Part shown: one piece after another, positions 9,789 through 19,135 of the stretch
How positions within the stretch are numbered: position 1 is the stretch's first letter
How the letters are laid out: each line of letters starts with the position of its first letter
NCBI GenBank assembly: GCA_945897985.1
Contig: CAMDGN010000001.1
Location: 1 to 61,038 of the forward strand
Length of the DNA stretch: 61,038 bases
From: a candidate division WWE3 bacterium
GTDB lineage: Bacteria > Patescibacteriota > WWE3 > UBA101185 > UBA10185
Direction: 5' to 3'
Translations under genes and position numbers: made by a program
The notes under the pieces: generated by a model
Seen by the model: only the letters and a program-made list of their open reading frames with translations
What the model was told of the DNA's origin: nothing
Database searches by the model: none

Positions 9789-11015
9789 ATGAATACTTCA
9801 AGAATAAAAAAAGACTTCCCTATTCTCAAAAGAGAAGTAAATGGAAAGAAATTAGTTTATTTAGATAATGCTGCAACTTCTCAAAAACCACTCTCTGTTG
9901 TTGAAAAAATTTCAGATTTTTATTTAACCAATAACGCCAATATTCATAGAGGTTTGCATACTTTAAGTGAGGAGGCTTCCGAGATGTATGATGAGGCAAG
10001 GGAAAATATTGCTGATTTCTTTGGTGCTGCTAAATCTGATGAAATTATTTTTACTAGCGGAACCACAGAAAGCGCTAATCTAATTGCCTTTGGTTGGGGC
10101 GAAAAAAATCTTAAACCGCATGACGAGATTTTAGTTCTACTTTCAGAGCATCATTCTAATTTTGTTCCCTGGCAAGAAATTGCTAAAAGAAAAAATGCTA
10201 AATTAATTGTTGAAAATATTCAACCTGATTACTCATATAACTTTACTGAAATGTATAAAAAAATTACTGATAACACTAAACTTGTTGTTTTATCCCATGC
10301 TTCAAATGTTTTAGGAAATATTTTAGAAATCAAAACTATCATTAATAAATGCCAAAAATTTAATCCAAACTTAAGATTTTTTGTGGATGGTGCTCAAGCT
10401 GCTCCGCATCTTGAAGTAAATCTTCAAAGCTTAGGTTGTGATTTCTATGCTATTTCGGGACATAAAATGTTGGGCCCAACCGGAGTTGGAATCTTATATA
10501 TCAAAAAAGAAATTCAAAACGAGGTTGATCCAATTAAGTTCGGTGGAGGAATGATTAAAGAAGTTTATCTTGATGAAACAACCTTAAAAAATTCTTGTGA
10601 AAAATACGAAGGTGGAACACCAAACATTTCTGGTGTAATTGGCATGAGTGAGGCCATAAATTATTTAAGAGAAATTGGTATGGAAAATATTCGAAAACAT
10701 GAGGTTGAGCTTTTGAAGTATTTTTTTGAAAAAGCCCAAGACCACGAAGATATGACTATTTACGGATCGATGTCACCTCTTGAGAGAACCGGTCTTGTTT
10801 CTTTTAACATAAAAAAAATTCATCCGCACGACCTTGCAGCGGTGTTAGCAAACGAGGGGGTGGCTGTACGAAGTGGACATCATTGCGCAATGCCGCTTCA
10901 TAAACATTTGCAGATTCCAGGTTCAGTTAGAGCTAGTTTTTATTTATACAACGATGAGTCTGACATCGATGCTTTATTTACAGCAATTGATAAAGCAAGA
11001 AAGATTCTTTTATAA
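9789..11015 (+). CDS. sufS: Cysteine desulfurase SufS
   Basis: YLDNAATSQKP, SGHKMLGPTG, RSGHHCA. Confidence 0.96.
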   Translation: MNTSRIKKDFPILKREVNGKKLVYLDNAATSQKPLSVVEKISDFYLTNNANIHRGLHTLSEEASEMYDEARENIADFFGAAKSDEIIFTSGTTESANLIAFGWGEKNLKPHDEILVLLSEHHSNFVPWQEIAKRKNAKLIVENIQPDYSYNFTEMYKKITDNTKLVVLSHASNVLGNILEIKTIINKCQKFNPNLRFFVDGAQAAPHLEVNLQSLGCDFYAISGHKMLGPTGVGILYIKKEIQNEVDPIKFGGGMIKEVYLDETTLKNSCEKYEGGTPNISGVIGMSEAINYLREIGMENIRKHEVELLKYFFEKAQDHEDMTIYGSMSPLERTGLVSFNIKKIHPHDLAAVLANEGVAVRSGHHCAMPLHKHLQIPGSVRASFYLYNDESDIDALFTAIDKARKILL

Positions 11016-11018
11016 TTT

Positions 11019-11390
11019 ATGGATATTTATAGAGAAGAATTCATGGAGATATATAAAAATCCAATGAATCAAGGAAAAATTGAAAAAGCTTCTTTAGTTG
11101 AGCATGGTACCAATGAAGCCTGTGGGGATGAGATGGATCTTTATCTTAAGATTGAGAACGGAAAAGTTATTGATGCCAAATTTGAAGCTGAGTCTTGTTC
11201 TGTTGGGATAGTCTCAAGCGCAATTTTAACAGACGAAATTAAAGGTAAAACTTTAGCGGAAGTTAAAGCTTTTTCTAAAAAAGACCTTCTAGAATTAATA
11301 GGGGTAAACCTTACAACCTCTAGAATCAAATGTGCTACACTTCCTCTTGAAACGCTTGTAAAGGGCATTGAAGAATATGAACGAAAATAA
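11019..11390 (+). CDS. sufU: SufU/IscU-family scaffold or sulfur-transfer protein
   Basis: ACGDEM, SCS, RIKCA cysteines. Confidence 0.88.
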   Translation: MDIYREEFMEIYKNPMNQGKIEKASLVEHGTNEACGDEMDLYLKIENGKVIDAKFEAESCSVGIVSSAILTDEIKGKTLAEVKAFSKKDLLELIGVNLTTSRIKCATLPLETLVKGIEEYERK

Positions 11391-11607
11391 ACAAATAACT
11401 ATAACTAAAGATATGAACTTGGGCGAGGTTGTCTTCAAATACCCTGAAGCTGCCGAAGTTCTAACTGACTACGGTTTGTCCTGTGTCGGCTGTTTTGCCT
11501 CCTCTTTTGATACCATTGAGCAAGGTGCTAAAATCCACCAACTCGATGACGAAGAGCTTAACGAAATGATTGAAAGAATCAATGAAGTTATAAACAATGG
11601 AGAATAA
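11377..11607 (+). CDS. DUF1858 (hybrid-cluster-associated redox disulfide-like) protein
   Basis: ITKDMNLGEVV..YPE...GLSCVGC...TIEQGA..H. Confidence 0.8.
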   Translation: MNENKQITITKDMNLGEVVFKYPEAAEVLTDYGLSCVGCFASSFDTIEQGAKIHQLDDEELNEMIERINEVINNGE

Positions 11608-11839
11608 GAAAAAGATTCACAAAATTTATGTTGATAGAAAAGCTTGTATTGGAGTCGCTACTTGTGTGGTGATTGCTCCTGATGCTTTTGATTTAGATGA
11701 TGAAGGAATAGCTATTGTAAAAGAAGGGGCTGAGAAATTAGACGACAACAAACTTTTAATGGCTGCTCAATCTTGCCCAGTGTTAGCTATTCACCTTTTT
11801 GATGAAGAAGGTAACAGAATTTTCCCAGCCAAACTTTAA
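11597..11839 (+). CDS. Ferredoxin (single cluster, 3Fe-4S/4Fe-4S type)
   Basis: CIGVATC...APDAF...SCPVLAI. Confidence 0.88.
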   Translation: MENKKKIHKIYVDRKACIGVATCVVIAPDAFDLDDEGIAIVKEGAEKLDDNKLLMAAQSCPVLAIHLFDEEGNRIFPAKL

Positions 11840-11863
11840 TCTGCTATCATAAATATAACCCCA

Positions 11864-12265
11864 ATGATGAAGAAGATTAAAAAAATCGAAAGCCTCAATT
11901 ATTTACTATATTTGGTAATAGTACTTCTTGCAGGAGTTGTATTTTTTGCTTTATCCTATTTTACGACAGGAAAGATTGTCGAAGTTACTCAGAACAACGA
12001 AGTTGACTCTGCTTTTGAGATTATGCGTGTTACTCCAACTGGTTTTGACGTTCAGGTACGAAGTGTAGGTGAAGTTAAAATTACATACTATATTGGTACC
12101 GATCCTCAAGTTCTAAATAAGTTTTATCAAACTTCTGATTTTGTTAGGGATGATTTATTTCAGTATAGAAGTCAATTAAACGGTAGAAGTAAGTTTGTGC
12201 AGATTGAGTTTGAAAAGAGTGATGGAACTAAACTTAAATCCCAGATCAAAGAAATTTCAAATTAA
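11864..12265 (+). CDS. Hypothetical membrane-anchored protein
   Basis: N-terminal TM plus beta-rich domain. Confidence 0.6.
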   Translation: MMKKIKKIESLNYLLYLVIVLLAGVVFFALSYFTTGKIVEVTQNNEVDSAFEIMRVTPTGFDVQVRSVGEVKITYYIGTDPQVLNKFYQTSDFVRDDLFQYRSQLNGRSKFVQIEFEKSDGTKLKSQIKEISN

Positions 12266-12291
12266 CTTGTGTTAGAATATCGCTATAAATT

Positions 12292-12366
12292 GGGAGTTTA
12301 GCTCAGCGGTAGAGCGTTCGTCTTATACACGAATGGTCCATGGTTCGAATCCATGAACTCCCACCA
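12292..12366 (+). tRNA. tRNA-Ile(TAT)
   Basis: GGGAGTT...TTCGT CT TAT AC ACGAA...CATGG TTCGAAT CCATG AACTCCC A CCA; all stems pair. Confidence 0.85.
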
Positions 12367-12555
12367 TTTATATTTTCCAAAAAATTAGATAGGCAAAATG
12401 AAAACGGGACCATATTAATTATCGACTATTGCTGATGCGCATCATGTGATGGGCGAGCGTGTCTGATAAAAAATATAGTCCCGAAATTGTAGTCTTTATA
12501 TCAGAGGCGCTAAGTCCTCTGAGATTCAAAATCTACATATCTTCCTCCCTAATAT

Positions 12556-12925
12556 TTACATCTCTTTTTGAATGAGGTGAGATGCAGCCTCTATATTTAA
12601 ACACGACATTTCTGTCGTGGAATACCCAAGTAAAGCGGTGTGCCCGCTAAGACTTGTTCTAGTCAATGTATGTCTAGATATGGGTATTATGTCACAAACC
12701 GCCTTCCTTGTCAATACTATAGGCTTATCGAAGAATGCAGTTGAGCCCAAACTTGATCTGCTTCCACCCCATAAAAGGGAATAGAAGATTTTCGTTACGG
12801 GAGCAATGCTTTATGTCCTTATACTCAAGGACATAGCCCTTGCTTAGAGCTTTAAGAAACTTCTCACGGTCTCTTACCCAGATTGTCTTATGCCACAATT
12901 CCTGAGGTATGCTTAAAACACTCAT
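12556..12925 (-). pseudogene. Orphan gene, probably frameshifted (ORFs 12725-12925 and 12556-12750)
   Basis: Promoter TTGATA-16-TAAAAT and TATAAAGGAGAAGATATG before 12925; two overlapping ORFs in different frames. Confidence 0.45.
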
Positions 12926-13019
12926 ATCTTCTCCTTTATAGTGTGTTTATGTGGGTTAATTTTATTCTTTTTTGGTGAAATATCAAGAAAAATTGATTAT
13001 AAATGCTTATAAAATGAAT

Positions 13020-13049
13020 AACGCCAGCAGAACGAATCTTGCTGGCGTT
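13020..13049 (-). terminator. Hairpin after orphan 13064-13279
   Basis: AACGCCAGCA...TGCTGGCGTT 10-bp stem. Confidence 0.6.
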
Positions 13050-13063
13050 GAATTTGGTTGTTG

Positions 13064-13279
13064 TCAGACAAACGATTGTCCGACCACAACCAGTCGTACC
13101 CGAGAATAGAATACCCCGTTTCCGTATCGGGTTTCCCCAACTACGGTTTGGGTGAGCTGGAGAACCTCGCGGTCCTCCTTACCCACCCAATTGGGGCGAA
13201 GAAGGTACCCATTTTTTAGGGTACCCTGTTGGGTTAGCGCCCCGTGGCGCTCTGCCAACACTCGTTCTTGTTCGGTCAT
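13064..13279 (-). CDS. Small orphan protein (71 aa)
   Basis: GGAGG SD, consensus promoter upstream, hairpin downstream. Confidence 0.6.
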   Translation of the reverse strand: MTEQERVLAERHGALTQQGTLKNGYLLRPNWVGKEDREVLQLTQTVVGETRYGNGVFYSRVRLVVVGQSFV

Positions 13280-13348
13280 AAAACCTCCATAATATTGAAA
13301 GTCCTTGTATGTATACGCTTTGGTATTACTACCTTAGCTGTTATAAAT

Positions 13349-13377
13349 ATTATAGGGTATATAACTAATTATGTCAA
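13349..13377 (-). promoter_or_regulatory. Consensus sigma70 promoter of orphan 13279
   Basis: TTGACA-17-TATAAT. Confidence 0.75.
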
Positions 13378-13393
13378 TACTATAGGGTGTTTA

Positions 13394-14260
13394 TTAAAGA
13401 ATGCTTAATTCTGAAGATTCTTGAGCCTTTGGATTCTCGATGAATTCAAGGTATTTCTCGGTTGTAGAAAGTCTCTTATGGCCTGATATTTTTGACAAGG
13501 TTTGGATATTGGTTCCGTTTTGTAGGTGGAAAGCTACAAATGTATGTCTTAAATCGTTAACCTTAGCGTCTTTGATTCCAGCTAAATCAAAATACCTATC
13601 AATAGTAGATCTAATATTTCTAATAAGAATTGGATTTCCAGATTTAGTTATAAATAAGAAATCAGATGCCACCCTTGGTCTTTCTTCTAAATATTTTTTA
13701 ACTGCAGTAACGGCAGCTTTATTTAGAGGAATTTCTCTTGCTGATACAGCGTTCTTTTTTGGAAGAGTTAGTTTTGGAGAAGTTGATTCAACTTCTACTC
13801 CACCAACTTTTAATTCTGAAAGTTCACTGATTCTAAGTCCTGTTTGTAGCAGGATTTCAACCATTGCAAGGGTTCTAACGTCTTCTCTACACGCGTCTCT
13901 TAAAGCTCCATATTCTAGTCTAGATAGAATTCTAGGTGCTTTTGATTCAACTTTAGGGTGTTTTAAGTCCTTTGAAGGATTTACTTTTACAAATCCCTGG
14001 TTATTTAGATATTTAAAGAATGTCTTAATTGAGTTAATTTTTCTAGAAATTGATTTAAGAGTATAATTACTGGATCTTAAGCTGTCGATAAATTCATTTA
14101 AATTATCAAATTCTACTGTAAGTAAGTTTTCAACATTTCTAGCTTCTAGATGGCTAATAAGTTGCTCGATATCTTTGGTGTAGGCTACAACTGTAGTTTG
14201 AGGTCTTCCAATCTCTTTAAGGTGTTTAATGAAGTTTTCGTGTCCTTTTTTAAATTCCAT
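13394..14260 (-). CDS. XerC/XerD-family tyrosine recombinase
   Basis: SAM-like N-domain, TGLRISE, NDLRHTF, SGHKRLSTTEKY. Confidence 0.9.
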   Translation of the reverse strand: MEFKKGHENFIKHLKEIGRPQTTVVAYTKDIEQLISHLEARNVENLLTVEFDNLNEFIDSLRSSNYTLKSISRKINSIKTFFKYLNNQGFVKVNPSKDLKHPKVESKAPRILSRLEYGALRDACREDVRTLAMVEILLQTGLRISELSELKVGGVEVESTSPKLTLPKKNAVSAREIPLNKAAVTAVKKYLEERPRVASDFLFITKSGNPILIRNIRSTIDRYFDLAGIKDAKVNDLRHTFVAFHLQNGTNIQTLSKISGHKRLSTTEKYLEFIENPKAQESSELSIL

Positions 14261-14359
14261 AATACTATAAGTTAAGAATAATAACCTATATTATCAAATA
14301 AAGCAAGGATATTAAAGACCTTGCAATTTGAAAATTTCAGTAATATATTAATTGATACT

Positions 14360-14728
14360 ATGTTCCTGCCATTCCTGCTTAAGAAAATAATCCTACCTGG
14401 TATTGTGCTCTTTGGTTTTTACCAGATTTACATGACAATTGACTCTGTTTACCAAACTTCCGAGAAAAAAGACGACTTGAATCAGCAGATATTAGGGCTA
14501 AAGGATCAAAAAAGAACCTTGGAGGATAAATTTCTAGTTATAAATTCAGATGAGTTTGTTGAGATGGAGGCTAGAACGAAGCTAAGCATGAAAAAAGAAG
14601 GTGAAGAGGTGTACCTTGTACCATCGACAGTCGCTCCTGCTGCAGAGAAAGTTGATTATATTGAGACTGACGCAAGGCTTGTTATGAAGAAATCAAATTT
14701 TTCCAAGTGGGTAGAATTATTATTCTAG
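14360..14728 (+). CDS. Septum formation initiator (FtsB/DivIC family)
   Basis: TM, coiled coil, FVEMEARTKLSMKKEGE. Confidence 0.8.
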   Translation: MFLPFLLKKIILPGIVLFGFYQIYMTIDSVYQTSEKKDDLNQQILGLKDQKRTLEDKFLVINSDEFVEMEARTKLSMKKEGEEVYLVPSTVAPAAEKVDYIETDARLVMKKSNFSKWVELLF

Positions 14729-14752
14729 TTTGTTATACTTTATAAACTCGAT

Positions 14753-14826
14753 AGCGGGGTGGAGGAATGGTACCTCGTCAGGCTCATAATCTGAAGGTCT
14801 CGGTTCAAATCCGAGCCCCGCAACCA
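14753..14826 (+). tRNA. Initiator tRNA-fMet(CAT)
   Basis: AGCGGGG/CCCCGCA acceptor stem with 1-72 mismatch, CT CAT AA loop, TTCAAAT T-loop. Confidence 0.92.
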
Positions 14827-14880
14827 AAAATTCAATCTTTCTATTAAAATTTTCGTAAATTTTGTTAAAATACTAACATC

Positions 14881-14957
14881 GCCGATATAGCTCAGGTGGT
14901 TAGAGCGGACGTTTCATAAGCGTCAGGTCAGTGGTTCAACTCCACTTATCGGCACCA
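14881..14957 (+). tRNA. tRNA-Met(CAT), elongator (Ile2 identity not excluded)
   Basis: GCCGATA/TATCGGC stem, TT CAT AA loop, CCA end. Confidence 0.9.
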
Positions 14958-15025
14958 TAATAACCTATTGATAATAGAAAACTATTTATTGAAATTTGTT
15001 AAACATAGGCTAGAATAAGTTATCT

Positions 15026-16900
15026 ATGGCCAAAGATCAAAATTCAAAACATGATAAAAAGCAAAAAGAGTTAGAACTTTTCCTTAAAAATTCCCAAAAA
15101 AAGACAGGTAAAAATGCACAGCCAAATATATTATTTTGGATAATTATTTTCGCAGTAGGTTGGATTTTGATTTCAACCATATTTGAAAATTCAATGTCGG
15201 GAACTGACAAGCCTTTTAACGAGTTTATCAAGCAAGCTAAAGACGGCAATGTTCTCAACTTAACTGTTGTTGGAGATGAAATTAAAGTTAAGCTTACAAA
15301 TGGTGAGGAGTTTTCAGTAAAGAAAGAATCTAACTCTACCATCGACCAAATCTTAATTAATAACCAAATCCCTGTTTCTCAGATTAAAGGAGAGTTGAAG
15401 GTTGATAAGAAGATGTCTTTTGAGCAGATTATTTCGCCTCTTTTAACAATTCTGTTACCAATAGTAATCATCTATTTTATTTTTAAACAAATGAGGGGTT
15501 CTTCAAACGATGTGTTTAACTTTGGAAAGTCCAAAGCAAAGTTATTTTTTAAAGGACAGCAAAGCATTACATTTAATGATGTGGCTGGTAACAAAGAGGC
15601 AAAACTAAACCTACAAGAAATTGTCGATTTCTTAAAATACCCAGATAAGTACAGAAAACTTGGAGCTAGAATTCCAAAAGGAGTTCTATTAGTCGGAGCT
15701 TCTGGTGTTGGAAAAACACTTCTTGCGAAAGCTATAGCCGGAGAAGCTGGTGTTCCTTTCTTCTCCGTAGCTGGATCTGAATTTATGGAGATGTTAGTTG
15801 GAGTAGGATCCTCAAGAGCACGAGACTTATTCAGAATGGCTAGAGAGCAACAACCAAGTTTAATTTTTATTGATGAGATTGATGCAATTGGTAGACAAAG
15901 AGGTATGGGTATTGGTGGTGGTCATGATGAAAGAGAACAAACTCTAAATCAAATCCTTGTTGAAATGGACGGTTTTGATGAGAGAACAAACGTTATTGTT
16001 CTTGCTGCAACAAATAGACCTGACATGCTTGACCCAGCTTTGGTTAGACCTGGAAGATTAGATAGAAAGATCAGTATTCCATTACCAGACTTTGAAGACA
16101 GAAAAGGTATCACTGAGATTCACATGAGAAATAAACCTTTCGAAGATAATGTTTCTGTTGACGATATCGCAAAGAAAACAGTAGGATTTAGTGGTGCTGA
16201 TATAGAGAATATGTTAAACGAAGCTGCAATACTTGCAGCCAGGGAAAACTTTACAAAGATTACTCCAAAAAATATTGATGACGCCTCCTTAAAAGTTACA
16301 ATGGGTGAAGAAAGAAGGTCTCTAATTACCGATGAAGAGAAAAAAATCATTGCCTATCACGAGGCAGGTCATGCTTTAGTTGCTGCAAAGTCAAAAGACA
16401 TGGACCCTGTATATAGAATCTCTATTATTCCAAGAGGTGGGTCTTTAGGTCATACCAGCCTTCCACCTGAGAAAGATAGGTACAACGAGACCAAGACAAG
16501 ACTACTATCTATTATTGCAACAATGCTTGGCGGTAGGGCCGCAGAAGAAGTTATTTATGATGAAATTACAGTTGGTGCTTCTAGCGATATTGAGAGAGCA
16601 ACTTCTTTGGCTCGAAAAATGGTTACTGAGTTTGGAATGTCCTCATTGGGACCAATCTCATTTGATGGTCATCATGGAAGCTACTTCTTAGCTAAAGAAT
16701 TAGGTGAAGGCCCGCTTTACTCAGAAGAAACTTCCGCAAAAATTGATAGAGAGATTAGAGAGATTATTGAAACTTCACATAAAAACGCAGTTAAGATCCT
16801 AAAGGACAATCGAAAAGCCTTAGATGAGGTTACAAATAGACTTCTTGAGAAAGAAACTATTGATGGAACTGAGTTTATTGAAATTTTAAATTCTAATTAA
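15026..16900 (+). CDS. ftsH: ATP-dependent zinc metalloprotease FtsH
   Basis: Two TMs, [26 protein letters not shown]. Confidence 0.97.
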   Translation: MAKDQNSKHDKKQKELELFLKNSQKKTGKNAQPNILFWIIIFAVGWILISTIFENSMSGTDKPFNEFIKQAKDGNVLNLTVVGDEIKVKLTNGEEFSVKKESNSTIDQILINNQIPVSQIKGELKVDKKMSFEQIISPLLTILLPIVIIYFIFKQMRGSSNDVFNFGKSKAKLFFKGQQSITFNDVAGNKEAKLNLQEIVDFLKYPDKYRKLGARIPKGVLLVGASGVGKTLLAKAIAGEAGVPFFSVAGSEFMEMLVGVGSSRARDLFRMAREQQPSLIFIDEIDAIGRQRGMGIGGGHDEREQTLNQILVEMDGFDERTNVIVLAATNRPDMLDPALVRPGRLDRKISIPLPDFEDRKGITEIHMRNKPFEDNVSVDDIAKKTVGFSGADIENMLNEAAILAARENFTKITPKNIDDASLKVTMGEERRSLITDEEKKIIAYHEAGHALVAAKSKDMDPVYRISIIPRGGSLGHTSLPPEKDRYNETKTRLLSIIATMLGGRAAEEVIYDEITVGASSDIERATSLARKMVTEFGMSSLGPISFDGHHGSYFLAKELGEGPLYSEETSAKIDREIREIIETSHKNAVKILKDNRKALDEVTNRLLEKETIDGTEFIEILNSN

Positions 16901-16904
16901 TAAC

Positions 16905-17810
16905 ATGCGAAAAATTGTAATTGTTGATACTTTTAATTTCCTTCATAGGGCATATCACGCTATTCCAAAATCATTTAGAGCCCCCGATGACACCCCAACT
17001 AACGCGGTGTATGGTGTGACTTCAATGTTAATCTCTTTGATAAATGAAACCAGGCCAGATTGTATTGTTGCGGCACTAGACTCAAGAAAACCAACCTTTA
17101 GGTCCGAAGAATTTTCAAATTACAAAGCTCAAAGAAAAGAAATGGAAGATGATTTGAAAGTTCAAATACCTTTAGTTTTTGAATCAATAGATTTGCTCGG
17201 GATCTTAAAAATAAATTGTGAAGGATATGAAGCTGATGATGTAATTGGAACTTTAGTTACTAAACTTGAGTCAGAAGAACAAAACCAAATTTACATTGTT
17301 TCAAATGATAGGGATATGTGGCAATTAATTTCTAAAAATGTTTTTGTTTTAATTCCAAATACCAAAGGCGGTTTCGATAAAATTGATGAAGAAGAAGCTT
17401 TAAAAAGATTAGAGTTTAACAAAAAACATTTAGTTGATTACAAGGCCTTAAGGGGAGATACTTCAGATAATATCCCCGGAGTGTATGGTATTGGAGAAGT
17501 AACAGCTAAAAAATTAATTTCCCAATATGAAACTGTTGAAAACATTTATAAACATATAGACGAGATTAAACCTGAGGGCCTAAAGACTAAATTAGTTGAA
17601 AGTGTGGAGATGGCCTATATGAGTAAGAAGCTTGCCACAATTATACTTGATGCCCCAATCCAGTTTAAAATAGAAGATTGTCAGTTTAAATTAGTTATTA
17701 GCGACGAACTTGTCTCCTTTTTAACAAAAATGAATTTTAAATCTCTTCTTAGAAGGCTAAATGTAGATATTGATAAGAAACTGCCTGAAAATCAGTTAAA
17801 CTTATTTTAA
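16905..17810 (+). CDS. Stand-alone 5'-3' exonuclease/flap endonuclease (PolA N-terminal domain)
   Basis: RAYHA, PTNAVYG, YKAQR, EADDVIG, GDTSDNIPGV; no polymerase domain. Confidence 0.9.
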   Translation: MRKIVIVDTFNFLHRAYHAIPKSFRAPDDTPTNAVYGVTSMLISLINETRPDCIVAALDSRKPTFRSEEFSNYKAQRKEMEDDLKVQIPLVFESIDLLGILKINCEGYEADDVIGTLVTKLESEEQNQIYIVSNDRDMWQLISKNVFVLIPNTKGGFDKIDEEEALKRLEFNKKHLVDYKALRGDTSDNIPGVYGIGEVTAKKLISQYETVENIYKHIDEIKPEGLKTKLVESVEMAYMSKKLATIILDAPIQFKIEDCQFKLVISDELVSFLTKMNFKSLLRRLNVDIDKKLPENQLNLF

Positions 17811-17812
17811 AT

Positions 17813-18448
17813 ATGGATTTATCAACTCGTGCAATTGAAATTGCAGAATTACTTCAAAAGAATAACGATTCTCCTGAAACTGAGCTAACTACTTCCAATG
17901 AAAGAGAGCTTTTAATTGCGGTATGTTTATCAGCCCAAACTACAGATAAAAAAGTAAACGATGTGACACCTGCTTTATTTAAAAAGTATCCATCTTGGGA
18001 AACACTAGCTGACGCAAACTTAGAGGAGCTTCAATCTTATATAAGGCAAGTTAATTTCCATAAGGGTAAGGCTGAAAGACTAATTAAAGCTTCAAGATAC
18101 ATTCTAGATAATTTTAATGGCAAGGTTCCGGATACAATTGAAAGCTTGATTGAAATTCCTGGTGTGGCTCGAAAATCCGCCAACGTTATTCTAAATGAAG
18201 TTTTTGATAAAGCTGAAGGGGTTGTTGTGGATACCCATGTTACTAGAGTCTCAAATCGGTTAGGTTTAACTTCAAACCAGGACCCCAAGAAGATTGAGAA
18301 AGATTTAATGGCAATTTTGCCTAAAAAATATTGGAGAAATTTTTCTGGAAATATTGTCTTACTTGGGAGATATGTCTGCAAAGCAAGAAAACCTGCATGC
18401 GATAAGTGTCACTTGAATCAAATTTGTCCCAGCGCCTTTAAGATTTAG
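17813..18448 (+). CDS. nth: Endonuclease III
   Basis: LSAQTTD, IPGVARKSAN, VDTHV, C-x6-C-x2-C-x5-C. Confidence 0.95.
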   Translation: MDLSTRAIEIAELLQKNNDSPETELTTSNERELLIAVCLSAQTTDKKVNDVTPALFKKYPSWETLADANLEELQSYIRQVNFHKGKAERLIKASRYILDNFNGKVPDTIESLIEIPGVARKSANVILNEVFDKAEGVVVDTHVTRVSNRLGLTSNQDPKKIEKDLMAILPKKYWRNFSGNIVLLGRYVCKARKPACDKCHLNQICPSAFKI

Positions 18449-19104
18449 TTTTGAGGGTAGATTCGATTAATTTCTGCTAAAACTTCGGTATTTAAATCTT
18501 TGTTTTGTAGATCAATAAGTTTTCCATTTAGAAAAATAGCTGGAGTTCCTTTTATTTGTAGATTTGCTGCGTCAGTTAGATCTTGGTCAACTTTTGATTT
18601 ATTTTCAGCACTATCCCATTCTTTTATAAATTCATCTTTATTAATTCCCAATCTTTCAACGATAGCTAAAATTGAGTCTCTATCAAGTTTTTCTGCGTCA
18701 AGTAAGGCGTTGTGCATATCTTCGAATTTGTTAAATTTAACCGCTGCCTCAGTAGCTAAAGCTGCAGAGTAAGAGTTTTCATGACCTGGATTATCTTTTA
18801 GCGGAAAATTTCTAACTATCAATCTAAGTTTATTTTTATTTCCTGCTACTAAGTTTTTAAGTACTGGATTTATTGTTTTACAGTATGGGCATGAGTAATC
18901 CAAAAATTCAACAACAGTTACCCGAGCGTCCTTGAATCCAATGACCGGATCTTTTTGAGTAAATAAATCTTTTTCTTCAATAGGTGTTAATGAGGGTTGT
19001 TGGTTTGGAGTACTTTGTCCTGCAATTATTATAGAGATAAATACAATTGCTGTTGCGATTCCAATATAAAAAATAGGAGTATTTCTTTTGAAGTATTCTT
19101 TCAT
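18445..19104 (-). CDS. Membrane-anchored DsbA/BdbD-family thiol-disulfide oxidoreductase
   Basis: EFLDYSCPYC, RNFPL, GTP; start placed at ATG 19104, 6 nt after TATAAT. Confidence 0.9.
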   Translation of the reverse strand: MKEYFKRNTPIFYIGIATAIVFISIIIAGQSTPNQQPSLTPIEEKDLFTQKDPVIGFKDARVTVVEFLDYSCPYCKTINPVLKNLVAGNKNKLRLIVRNFPLKDNPGHENSYSAALATEAAVKFNKFEDMHNALLDAEKLDRDSILAIVERLGINKDEFIKEWDSAENKSKVDQDLTDAANLQIKGTPAIFLNGKLIDLQNKDLNTEVLAEINRIYPQN

Positions 19105-19135
19105 TTTCAAATTATATCAAAGATTATAGGGAAAT

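Noticed and set aside
13352..13379. dif-like site just downstream of the xer gene (…GGGTATATAA-CTAA-TTATGTCAATA)
   Set aside because: Spacer is 4 bp instead of 6, and the sequence is fully explained as a TTGACA-17-TATAAT promoter on the minus strand
12367..14260. Integron (tyrosine recombinase beside small ORFs)
   Set aside because: No IntI-specific insertion evident, recombinase is co-oriented with the ORFs, no attC-type sites, and ORFs have their own promoters
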